Notes under the pieces: generated by a model
The model's input: only the letters and a program-made list of their open reading frames with translations
The model's database searches: none
What the model was told of the DNA's origin: nothing
Translations under genes and position numbers: made by a program
Part shown: in pieces, positions 40,501-52,229 of the stretch
Numbering within the stretch: position 1 is the stretch's first letter
Layout of the letters: the number at the start of each line of letters is the position of its first letter
Source of the DNA: Octopus bimaculoides
Lineage: Eukaryota
NCBI RefSeq assembly: GCF_001194135.2
Contig: NC_068986.1
Span: 63,190,379 to 63,254,378 of the forward strand
Length of the DNA: 64,000 nt
Direction of reading: 5' to 3'

Positions 40501-41089
40501 TCTATGTTCTGTGATTTTTAGTGCTTTTAATATTGTACTCTTGGACACCAATTTCATAGAATATTGAAATTATGAGTCTATTTAGCATTTGGATTGTAAT
40601 TGGATTTTTCTTATGAATCCATAACACCATTCGTTCCTTTTATTTGATACATAGATATTTAAAAATTTTATTAAAGCTATTAGCACCAGTGCAAGTCATG
40701 CTTTGAAGTCAATTTAATTGGCACAAAATCAGGAGCTAGATAGAGTCCCTTATGTTAGTCCAATGATGTCTTCAACTCCTGCAAAATCACTGGATCCAAG
40801 CTATATCAACACTTGCAGTCAAGCTGGATTTGGAACTTGGGACCCTTGAGCACTCCAGGTTCAGTGGGCCTCTTATGTACAAAAATCAAAATATATTGCA
40901 ATTCACGAACTTTACATATCAAAGCCTTCATAGGGCATATATTTGGTGTTCAAAAGTTATATATACATACAAAGGTGAAATGCAAAAAGAAAAAGAAATT
41001 TCACCAGTTATACATAAATGTTATATGAAAATATGCATATATAAAGTTATTTGGTATCATGATGAAAGCACACAGTATATACTGTAAAG

Positions 41090-41230
41090 CGGATAGTATT
41101 AGGAAGGGCATCCAGACATAGAAACCATGGCAAAGCTGACATTGGAGCTAGAGAGAGTCTTGCAGCTCATCATACTTGGTCAAAACATCCAGCCTATACT
41201 AGCTTGGAAAACGGATGTTGATTGATGATA
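41090..41230 (+). mobile_element. RTE-type 3' UTR fragment
   Basis: ttaggaagggcatccag...ggaaaacggatgtt...gatgat. Confidence 0.65.
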
Positions 41231-41569
41231 ACAAATGTTAAATGTAAGGATAAATATAAAATGGCAAATGTAACATGTAAAAACTGTAACATGACAAATG
41301 TAACATGTAAAAGTACTTTTAATGGGCAGATCTGTTGTCCCACAAGGCATACACTGCCAAAGAAGAAGAAAGAGTATTTAAAGTACATCCTAAAAAATTT
41401 ACTATCCAATTTAAAATTTTAAGAATGCTAATATGTTTCTTTAATTGAATACTTGTTTTAGAAAATCTTTTATTTAGTTGAATAATGTATGGTTTATTAA
41501 TGTAGATACTGGAAATATTGCTTTTATGTATGGATGTTTGTTTATGCTTGTTTAAAATATTGGTCTCAG

Positions 41570-41742
41570 ATTTTAGCACAAGACCAGCAATTTTGGGGAA
41601 GGGGTAAGTCGATTACATCACCTCCCCAGTGCTCAACTGGTATTTATCAACCCTGAAAGGATGAAAGGCAGAGTCGACCTCAGCAGATAGGAAAAATGTC
41701 TCTAAGCATTTTACCTAGCATGCTAATGATTCTGCCAGTTCA
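41570..41742 (-). mobile_element. SINE family B
   Basis: gaaaggatgaaaggcagagtcgacctc...gctaatgattctgccag. Confidence 0.75.
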
Positions 41743-42347
41743 TTTTGTTTAACGTATTAACATTTTCTCCTATAATAATTATAGATCAGGACATGTTCCA
41801 AACCTGCCCAACCCATATTAATCTTAAAAGACATATTATATTAATAAGTGTGTGTGTGTCCTTGTGAATGAATGCAAGTCTCTGTATGAGTCTGTTTCAT
41901 TTATAACCAAGGTAAGAAAGAGCTAACTACCACAAATTTAAATTCAGTAATTTTCCCTCTTTAAATGTGTTTTTTTGTTATAGTATAAATTAAATAATAT
42001 GTTAATATATATTAACATAAAATATTTGTTTAGTAGAAATAAGGAAACTATAAGCATATGTGTATATAAAAAAGAGAACAGACTCTACAGTGAACAATAT
42101 ATAAAATCAATATAATTACATCAATATTATATGATTGTAACTGTTATTCAGTATATTGGCAGGCCTGGTGTTGAGTAAGTTATCTTACAGATTTACAGCA
42201 TTATGCCTGGGTGAGAAACCAGTTATTTAAATATATTTGGATTGAGGACAATTTCAGAGAAATTCAAACTGATGTGTTTGTAGAGACTATTTCAGTGTCT
42301 TAAATGCCTCAATTCAATCCTGACTGAGTGCACTTTACTCCTAGTTC

Positions 42348-42391
<44 letters not shown>

Positions 42392-42605
42392 ATATATATG
42401 GCTGGTTGTTGCCAAATTATTCCACCTTGTAAGGGTAATTTACCAAGTATTTCTGCTGTTCTAACTGCAACGCTGCGTCTGAAAAAATATCATCTTATAT
42501 CGTAAAATACACATTTTCAGTGGTTCAAATAAAAAAAAACAAATATTTCTTTGTTTACATTTATACACACATACGTGTATATATATGTATATGTGTGTGT
42601 ATACA

Positions 42606-42840
42606 CAGGGAGTACAAAAGTTGGTATACAATAAATATCACATCAATTAAAATTATTAGCACATTAAATTAGTTAGCCTCATTTTTGATATTTTCAGTGT
42701 CGTTAATCATAATAATACATCTATCATAACTATAATAATACTTTTATTGTAACTTTTATTTTTATTTTTTGATAAAAATATATGAGTATTGTACAGGTTT
42801 TCTTTTTCCATAACTGTATACCTGCTTTTGCACCACCCTG
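42606..42840. mobile_element. Tc1/mariner-derived MITE (~235 bp) in a microsatellite
   Basis: Imperfect TIRs CAGGGAGTACAAAAGTTGGTATACA / TGTATACCTGCTTTTGCACCACCCTG with an AT-rich interior. Confidence 0.65.
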
Positions 42841-42850
42841 TGTATGTATG

Positions 42851-42891
<41 letters not shown>

Positions 42892-42894
42892 CCA

Positions 42895-43052
42895 AGTAAG
42901 CACATAAATGTGAAACAAGGTGGGGAAAAATAGTACTCGAATACCGGAGGTAGAGTAATATGTTTTATTATTAAAACTGCAAAAACATCACAAAAATACC
43001 AGAAAAAACTCCTACTCAGTTTTTGTGATGCTTTTGCAACTTTAATAATAAA
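42895..43052 (-). mobile_element. Second hairpin-plus-tag element (same tag as 14665-14734)
   Basis: Tag at 42895-42963; imperfect 33-bp arms at 42964-42996 and 43020-43052; microsatellites on both sides. Confidence 0.6.
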
Positions 43053-43053
43053 G

Positions 43054-43090
<37 letters not shown>

Positions 43091-43122
43091 TTATATATAT
43101 GTATTTATTATTATTGTTATTA

Positions 43123-43343
43123 AGGTGGCAAGCTGACAGAATCGTTAGCACACTGGAAAAAATGCTTAGCAGTATTTGACCCATCACTATATTCTGAGTT
43201 CAAATTCTGCCAAGGTCAACTTTGCCTTTCATCCTTTCAGAGTCGATGAATTAAGTACCAGTTGAACACTGGGGTCAATGTAATCCACTAGTCCCCTCCC
43301 TGCAAATTTCAGGTCTTGTGTCTTTAATGGAAAGGATTATTAT
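43123..43343 (+). mobile_element. Full-length SINE family B
   Basis: Closely similar to 35235-35460. Confidence 0.85.
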
Positions 43344-44331
43344 TTCCTCCACCTTAGTGAAGGCAGAAGTATTGTTTTCAGTCATGTTTGTTTGTTTGTC
43401 CATGGACAAGATATCTCAAGAACCACTGGATGTTTGGCCTCATGACTGGCATGAACTGATTAGATTTTGGGATTGATCCGGTACCAGACAAGAATTCTGG
43501 ATTATTTGTTATATTTACTTTACTTTACATGAAGTATTACAATCTCTGATTATCTCCCTTGAAAGCATGCTCATGGTTTCCACATAAGTTATAGCAGCAA
43601 TGCTGTTTCCAAAGTTTTATTTTCGTTTCTCTATTATTAATTTTAGTCAGGTCTTTATCTTAGTAGAAACTGATGGATTAAGAAATCAAACTACATAAAC
43701 AAATGGCAGCAAAACTGTTCGAAAATTAAATAACACTAACACATTCAATAACAATAAATTTAATTTATCCTCGACAAGTTTTAGTTTTAGAAATTTTGAA
43801 TATATCGCTCCTGTTTAAGACTTCTTACCTACTTGGCAATTACATTTCTAGCTCTGCCTTGAAGGAAGCTTTACTTGGACTCATGTTCTTGTGCGCAACA
43901 ATGTTGTTAAACCTCCATTAACAGCACCATATGCAGGTCCTTTTATGCACAGATAAATCTTTCACTATAGACCTTAATGGTCGTAAAGACACTATATCAG
44001 TGGATAGACTAAAAAAGGCTTTCATAGAGAAAACTGTCCCTGTTTCCACTGCAGACAGCACACACAACATTACAAACAGCTTGCACACCCACCTTCACAT
44101 TCCATGACTACCATTGGGATCGATCAGGTACCAGACAAGGACTCTGGATTATTTTTCCAGTTTTTTTTACTTAATTTTTGAGAGTGGTCAGGTTCATTTT
44201 TAGTATTCTCATTTGTGAGAGCAGTTGAGTTTTTTTCAGATATTCTCATTTTAAAAATCATCTCCAGCTAATCATTGAGAGGACATTGGTGTTGCCTTGG
44301 CAGAGGTTTGCACACCCTGAATGCTTTTGTT
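43341..44331 (+). mobile_element. Helentron-associated non-autonomous element (HINE-like) with a ~600-bp internal insert
   Basis: 5' CCTCCACCTT-AGTG-AAGGCAGAAG subterminal IR/hairpin, (TTTG)n, 3' CCTTGGCAGAGG...GCTTTTGTT end; colinear with the 61515 copy apart from the insert. Confidence 0.65.
43873..44036 (+). pseudogene. Ty3/Gypsy integrase C-terminal GPY/F fragment
   Basis: TWTHVLVRNNVVKPPLTAPYAGPF / CTDKSFTIDLNGRKDTISVDRLKKAF (one frameshift). Confidence 0.8.
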
Positions 44332-44334
44332 ATT

Positions 44335-45990
44335 ATTACATTCACGTGCAACAGATTAGACTGTTGGAAAAACTTTCACTCCCAACATCAAGCTACAAGT
44401 AACCTTAGATACCAAGAACCTTTCTAAGTATCCTAGCTGTCCCTAATAATACTGTTTTCTGGAGCTGCACTAAACTAGGTTTTTTGCCTATTTCCTCCAT
44501 CCATTTGTTCAAATTTTTAGGAATATTTCCTAATGCATCTATAACTACTGGGATATATTTTATACACACTTTCCATAACCTCTGTAACTCAATGGCACTT
44601 TTCTATTTTCTCTATACCTCTCATATTGACTTTCTCATCATTTGGGACTGTAAAGTCAATTATCTGGCAGTTTCTATTCTCTTTAAAAAGAATAATGAAT
44701 CTCCCAGGAAAATTCCTTTCCCTAAGGTTGTATCACCTGAGCAGTAGAGATCATCTTTCCATTTCTTCATGCTATAGCTAATTAACTCTCTAATGTTGTC
44801 TGCAATACTGAATATTCTCAAACTTTCACTTATCCATGAGTGTGAAATCATAGAAAACTGCATTCCTCTAGCTTTCTTCCTGCAACCTTTCTGTTCTTTT
44901 GGATAAATTCTGGCTGTCAAGGTGCTCATAAATGCTCTCTGAAGCATGCCTATTCACAGCTTCCACACTAATGGTAAGCAAGTGATTATTCTATAGTTAC
45001 TAGCTATATTGCCCTTGCTTTTGTCTTTCACAAAGAGTACTATTTTCCATCTAGTCATCCAATTAGGTATGACTCCTTCATTCAAGCAATCCTGAAGCTG
45101 TTCCCTTAGTCGCTCATGTAAACTACTAAATTTCTTTAAGTCATACCCTTGAACTAAATCTAGTCCTGGGCCCTTCCAATTCGGCATTCTTTCTAACACT
45201 TTATTCATTAATGCACTAGTTAGTTTTAGATCTGACTACTTCTCTCTAATTACTTCTTCCCTCACTTTCTTTAACCATGCTGCATCTCCATTATAATTCA
45301 CTGGCTGATCTCAAATATCACTCCAGAACTTTCTAGCTTCTTCTGTGTTAGCCTTCTCATCTTCATTAGTTTCATCATCATCATCTTCATTATTTAACGT
45401 CCGTGTTTCATGCTAGCATGAGTGGAACAAAGTTTCTTCTACACTATTTGGTGATAAATTCTCCTCTGGCCTGTGTCAAACAATCTGTTCTGTTGTTACT
45501 AATTATTGCTATAATAGGCTGTTTCAGCTCTTCCATGACTATCCCAAATCCTTCCCTTTGACTAAGCATTTTTTTTTCAAGAGAAGAGTTAAATTTTGTG
45601 TTTCCTAACTTGTCCTTCTATTCTACTCAGATCTTGTCTTAAAGTCTTCCCTTTATTTTCTAATTTTCTTTGCCATATTGGTTCCTTCCTATCTTTTCCT
45701 TGAGGAATACCTAGTCTTCTCATAACTAATACCCCTCCTGCATAAATCAATAAGTTAGTGTCACCTATATTTTTGATATCTATTTTACTGATAACAAAAT
45801 CTACTTTCTTTATCATATCTAGCCACTTTTTCTTTTAACACCTTTTAATGCTGGTAATATTTTTCTTTCTTCTTTACTCATTACTTCCTTCAACTCATCT
45901 AAAATCTTCTGATCTTCCTCACTTAAACTGCTAGTGTCAGTTTTCCTTTCCTGATTGGTAGTGCTATTATCTTTTCTTGTTGGCTCTTCT
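44335..45990 (-). mobile_element. R4/Dong-type LINE relic with a large internal deletion
   Basis: KEPIWQRKLE (N-terminal), PNWKGPGLD...NYRIITCLP, GIFLGDSL joined almost directly to the RLE end LQKTVLLGTARILRKVL; an RTE tail fragment is inserted at ~45370-45430. Confidence 0.8.
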
Positions 45991-48900
45991 TTGGCTTGAG
46001 CTGTATCACTTTTGTTTTTGTTGTACTAAGGGTAGTGGATTAGCAGAATTGGTAGACTGTGAGATAAAATAGTTTGCAATGTTTATTTCAATCTCCGTGT
46101 GTTCTGAAATTGAACCCCATCAAGGCCTTCTTGGCTTTGATCCTTCTGGTGTTGATATTCAATAATATCAGCCTCAGCCAAGTACTTAGGCCAATATAAT
46201 CAACTCCCTTTCTCAAAAATGTGTCTTCAGTCATGTAGAAACCATTATCATAATTATTTTAAATACTGTATGCACTGCAGAAGATTCCCTTCACTTACTA
46301 GATGAATATCACAGTGGTTTTAGCACTTTAACAGTTTTGTTACTTCTGAAAGTGCTTAACATTACTGATGCTACTGGGTTATGTCCTTGTTACTTTGGCC
46401 CACATTGTAGCATGCATTTTATTCTGCCTTGTCAACCATGTATTCATCAGATAGGTGTTTCTGTTACCATAAATGAGTTAGAGATTATTGTATTCTCAAA
46501 TCGTTATTAAGAAATGCATGCAATAAATATTCTATATGCTTATGTGTTTTTACACACTTACACACAAAGTTAGTTGCACACTCACATATGAATATGCATA
46601 TGCATTTACATTATATTTTTTCTACAATAAGAAGTGAAAGAATGGCCTTCTGCCTAAGAAAAAGAAATCAATATTTATTTAGATGTACATAATTAAATCC
46701 TTCCTGTTTAATTAAATTCCATGACTGACGTTGGGAAAGTGCTAATTGCATTTATATGTGGAAATAGCTTGTTTATTCAGTTTTCTTATGGAGCCTTAAT
46801 TGCTTGACCGGTATTCATATGCCAATATTATTTATAGCTCTTTGATCTTGTTCATGATAAAAATGTGTGAAGATTTTTATGGTAATTAAGTTTTCTAACC
46901 TTCAAGCAGTCAGACTTCTAGTTTGTAGAAGTTGCTGCAGAAGTTTTAATGTATTGAGAAAATAAGGATATAATAAAAGTAGCCTTCCAGTTTTCCAGGT
47001 CATATTAAATGTTGCTTAGAAGTGGGGTTGAAGTGTACTCTATAAATGTTGTAAGTGATTGAATTGATGTTTAGACTTTTAGTGACATCTTATACAAAGA
47101 AAATTGAATATATTTAAGTAAAAGAAGAAATGAAAGATAGAGATCATCCATATGGGATATTTCAGAGGCTCTTAATCAAATCTGTCTTCATAGTAAATGC
47201 TGGCTACGGCTGTTGCTGCTATTGTTGTTGTTATTGTAAACAGTTTTATGGAAGAGAGAAAGAGATTGATAAATATTGATTTCTCACAGAGATACAAAGC
47301 CTCAAATATGTAGGTGAGGAATATAGTCAATTGAATTGAGATCTGTACTTGCCTAGTACTTATCTTATCAACCCCAGAGGAATTTATATTTAAAATATAG
47401 TGATGTGAAACTAAATATTGTAAGATATTTAGTTACGTCCCTCAACTATTACTAGTTTATATAGATGAGATATTGCTATAAAGCAACATCAAGATGTTAC
47501 AATATATTTGCTATTATTTTATTTTTTTTATTTGTATGAACTTTAACTTGTTTAACCAGTGAAGTTTACTTTGTTGCAGGCATTTGGAACAGGTCTCATA
47601 TTCTCTCCCTGCCAACATGTTTTCCTAGTAATATTGATCTGTTGATGTTTCAAATGGACATCAGCTACACCTGTCTCACCAGTGTTAATGTTGTGTGTAG
47701 AATAGTTCCAATAGCATCCTATTTCAAGTGGATATTAGTGTACAATGTATTTGTTCTTAAAAGATACAGACTATATAATAGGTATGTAATTACTGAAGTG
47801 ATTTGTCCATCTAATAGGAATAATGATGGTAACATTTTCAATTTGATATTCTTCTGCTTCATTGGCCTATTGCAGTAGAGTTTTACTTCATTCTTGAATT
47901 CTTTAGTTTTGACTATTTAGGACAGCTTACATATTTACATCTTGTTGTTGGATTTTCTTTTTAATTTTTTGTAGCCTCAGTTTAAATATGATTGGGATAC
48001 AAACAGTCAGCAAACAGGCTAGGTATTAATCTCAGATCTGTTGTTCCAATTATACTCTGTATCTTGCCTGTGCATTTTGATATGCAGGGATGAATGAATT
48101 GGCTGTTGTTTAGTCCCAGCTCATCCCAAATTGAGCAGATCTATGACCAAAGGTATTAATAATCCCACCTATTTTTATGTATCTAAAATAATTTGTCCTT
48201 TCTTTTTAAAGATGGTTGAAGGCAATTTGACTGTTAATTCAAGCAGTCTGTGTTTCCACAATACCTTTGGTCATCTCTTCTTGAACAAGTCAATTGCAAT
48301 ATTCATTGAATTTGGTATTGGTTGATATAGTTTTTCAGCTCTAGGTTAACCCTGGAATATGTAGGCGAGGAATATAGTCAATTGAATTGAGATCTGTACT
48401 TGCATGGTACTTATATTTAAAATATTGTGATGTGAAACTAAATATTGTAAGATATTTAGATCTGAGAGTCATACCTAAAGATATTCCAGCTGAGACCATT
48501 CTGGCATCTTCTATATCTAGGATTACATTATCTTCTTTATTTAAGTCAGTAAGCTGTGGTTTGAAGGAGATTATTTTATATTCAGTTTTGTATCCTGCTA
48601 TGAGTTTGGTATGTCTTCAAATTTAACTTCAGGAGATGTTATGGCTAAATGTTTGATTGAAGAGCATACCGAAGAAAGTTAATATAAAGAGGACAAGTCA
48701 GATTAAAGTGCTTTCCTCAAGGGTATGTGTGAATGCATGCATCAAAGTTTAAACCTATGATTTTGGGCCAAAATACTTAATTACTATTCTTGTAAGTAAT
48801 CTCTTTTTCTTTTTCTCCCTCTAATAAATGAGACCTACAAAAACATAGATGAAGTGACATTATTTTAAGCTCAGGAGATTTTTTTTGAACAATTTTGTTT

Positions 48901-49639
48901 TTTATTTGTTTCCTTTTTTTTTCTTTTTGCTTAACAAATATCTTCAGAAAAGTTAATGTATTTCTAAAAGAGATTAATATCATTTGTGAGCATTAGTTAC
49001 TCACTTTTACTTTGTATATATAAGTAAATAACAATAAATACTAAAATACCAGTCATTAGAATTTAACATGAATGACATGTGCAGTGCCAGTCTATTGATG
49101 TAGCTATAAAAACATGATAAGCAGAAGGTAGAACATTGCAGCGTCTGCTATTTGGAACTGCTTTATTTTCTCTTGTTTGGCGATTAACAAAACAAAACCA
49201 GCACTACAAAATACTTTGATATTTTCATCATGTGTTATTGTTTTTTTTTGTTGTATTTTTTCTTATATTTTGATTCATTGTGAAATGCATATTTTTTATG
49301 GATTAATGTAGTAAATGGATTCTTCTACAATCAATCAATCATGACTATTAACTTTTTTCTACATAAAATGATCTTGCTGTTAAAGCATTAGTTCTAATCT
49401 CCCTGCCTTCTCTATCTCTTTCTCAGACACCCAGTAACTCAAACATATTTCAACTCTACTCCCTCCCTGTCTCTCTTTCTCCTTCACACAGAAACCCAAC
49501 TTCCCAGCTGGTTCAAGATAAAAACAAAATATCTATTTCCATTTAAAGTTATTTATCATCATTGATTAAACATTTTACTTTCTTTCATGCTGGCTGTAGT
49601 TGAAAGAATCTTCTCTCTATCTGTTCCTATCTTTTGCCT

Positions 49640-50260
49640 TTTTTTACTTCTTGTATGTTCCAATTTTCTAAGATCTAATAAACTATCTTAACTCCAGTCT
49701 TTTTCTTTCTAACTTCACTCCACCAACAAATGTTTGTCAACATACATTACTCATAACCATTGCACATGATAATTTCAGCAGACTCATCCTTTGTTGCATT
49801 ATCTGATCAATATCTTTGCTGTTCAGTTCCCTTCTCAAGTTACTTGCTTTCTCAGATGTAACTCCCAGCATATTTGTTATATACTAGGTAAAAACATAAT
49901 TAATATCCAATGTATTTAACTGTTCCTCTTAAATATTTAGGCCTTTTCATTAACCATCTTTCTCTGATATACAGTATTATCCATGTTTAAGTGGGCATAA
50001 CTATTAACTCTCAGTATTAATACTGCCTCTGTCACTAACATTTTTTAACAGTATACTTCTGAAATATGCATCTGACTGTCCATATTTTAGATGTACTATT
50101 TCAATAAAATCAGTTGTAACTTTCCCATTTCTAAGTAAATACCTTCCTGTTACTTCTCCATTATTTTTGGTTTTGAGTACCCAAACTCCAATTTTTGTCA
50201 AATCTATTCAATTCATCTATCCAATTTATTCATTATCGTTTTGCTTTTTCTCCTTTTCTT
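49640..50260 (-). pseudogene. Possible highly degraded LINE (RTE-like APE region)
   Basis: Weak manual similarity only (NNGE..., RGSI...). Confidence 0.25.
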
Positions 50261-50889
50261 TTGTAATCTCTTGGAATCCTTACTCTCTGGATGTGTCCAA
50301 CCCAACTTTATTTCAGTGATTGTATGAACTAGACAATGCCATTTAGTTTGGTTATTTTTGTATTCATTTTGACATTTTATTGCCTTTCAATTTTATTCCA
50401 AACTGTAATATTCTAAAATATAAATTCATTGAATGTTAACATGAAATGTTATATATTTGATATATTTAAGACTACAGCATTGTACTTAGTGTATCTTAAT
50501 CTTACCTTCCACCATGTATACCAAATACATTCTTGTTTGGTGCTTTACTATTGCATGACAAAGATCTTCATATTAGATTTTGAAAAAAAATTTGTGTTTG
50601 TTTTATCTTGGGAAACCTCAGAAATTAAAAGTTCTTTAATTTGATAAAAGTTATTCAAGTGAGGTATTTTCCATTTCTTATTGTTGTTAAGAAGTGTAGA
50701 CTATCCTCAAGTGTTTCCTAAAAATAAGATTTAGAAGATGAAAACAAAACAAATGATAAATATTCATTGCTAGTATAATGAATACTTTCAAAAGTTTGAT
50801 CTGTAAGTCTAATCTGTAGCTTTTACTTATCAAATATATTAGACCTTATTATTAAGAGAAGAGCTTTCTAAATCCTACAATAAGAATAG

Positions 50890-51264
50890 TCATAGCTATG
50901 TGATTTAGAAGTTTGCTTTGCAGCCATGCAGTTCTGGTTTTAATTCCTCTGTGTGGTATGGAATCTTGAGCAAGTAGCTTCTACTATAGCCTCTGGTGAA
51001 CCAATACTTTGGAAATGAAATTTAGTTGACAGAAACTGTGGAAATTTGTTTGCACAGTGTGTGAGTGTGAATGCACACACACACACACTTGTACATCTGT
51101 ACTTGTTTAATATATCTATTCCAGTGTATTGAAGTGTGCCTCTTTATGCCAAAAGTAATTTAGCCATTTGATAAATATTGATATGATCAACCGAAACCCT
51201 TGAAGGTGGCACCCTGGCATGGCTATGGCTGAATAACTGAAAGTAGTAAAAGACTAATAAAAGA
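50890..51264 (+). mobile_element. Diverged SINE family A
   Basis: cttgagcaagtagcttctactatagcc head, internal (TG)/(CA), 3' ggcatggctatggctgaataactgaaagtagtaaaaga. Confidence 0.6.
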
Positions 51265-51295
51265 ATGCATTTTCATTACTTAAGATGATTTAGTG

Positions 51296-51559
51296 GGGGA
51301 GGGTGCACTGGAAGTGTTGCTGCTAGAATAAGAATAGCCTGAGCAAAGTTCAGAAAACTCTTACCTCTGCTGGTGACAAGGGGCCTCTCACTCAGAGTAA
51401 AAGGCAGACTGTATGACGCATGTGTACGAACAGCCATGCTTCATGGCAGTGGAACATGGGCCGTGACTGCTGAGGACATGCGTAGGCTCGCAAGGAATGA
51501 AGCCAGTATACTCCGATGGATGTGTAATGTCAGTGTGCATACTAGACAGAGTGTTAGTT
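51296..51559 (+). mobile_element. RTE ORF2 internal fragment
   Basis: ARIRIA.AKFRKLLPLLVTRGLSLRVKGRLYDACVRTAMLHGSGTWAV; homologous to 53245-53510. Confidence 0.9.
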
Positions 51560-51572
51560 GTTTATATATACA

Positions 51573-52148
51573 CACGCCAATCACTCCGAGAGTGTAGTGG
51601 GTGCAGTACTGGCAACAGCCATGCTCATAATGGTGTATTTTATGTGCCACCTGCACAGGAGCCAGTTTGGCAGCACTGGCAACGATCTCGCTCGAATGTC
51701 TTTACATGTGCCATCCAGCACAAGTGCCAGGAAGGCGATGCTGGGCACAGGTGCCATGATGATTTCGCTTTCGCTTGCCCCAATCGGTCTTCGCAAGCCG
51801 TGTTTCGTTTCCAATAAAGGAGACGACGTTGGCACGGGTGCCATTCGTCTAATTTAATTCGATTTCACTTGCCTCAACAGATCTTCGCAAATGGAGTTTA
51901 GTGTCCAATGAAGGAAGGTACTTATAAGTGTGCTGGCTGAGGTCTTAGATTCAGGTCTCACTTGGCTTGCCAGGTCTTCTCACGCACACCATATTTCCAA
52001 AGGTCTCGGTCAGAAGTCATCGCCTCGGTGAGGCCCAATGTTCGAAGGTCGTGCCTCACCACCTCATCCCAGGTCTTCCTGGGCCTACCTCTTCCACAGG
52101 TTCCCTCAACTGCTAGGGTGTGCCACTTTTTCACACAGCTATCCTCAT
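51573..52148 (-). mobile_element. RTE LINE 3' fragment (ORF2 end and 3' UTR, tail truncated)
   Basis: EGTCGRGRPRKTWDEVVRHDLRTLGLTEAMTSDRDLWKY...* on the minus strand. Confidence 0.9.
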
Positions 52149-52158
52149 NNNNNNNNNN

Positions 52159-52205
<47 letters not shown>

Positions 52206-52229
52206 TATATTAGGAATATATTTATGAGG

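Noticed and set aside
41222-41422. Cys-rich ORF with repeated NVTC
   Set aside because: Arises from a short ~30-bp tandem duplication right after an RTE tail; no splice support.
47580-47781. Splice-flanked 202-nt open frame on the plus strand
   Set aside because: The peptide is not recognisable, the composition is intron-like and it conflicts in strand with the better 62443 candidate; not annotated as CDS.
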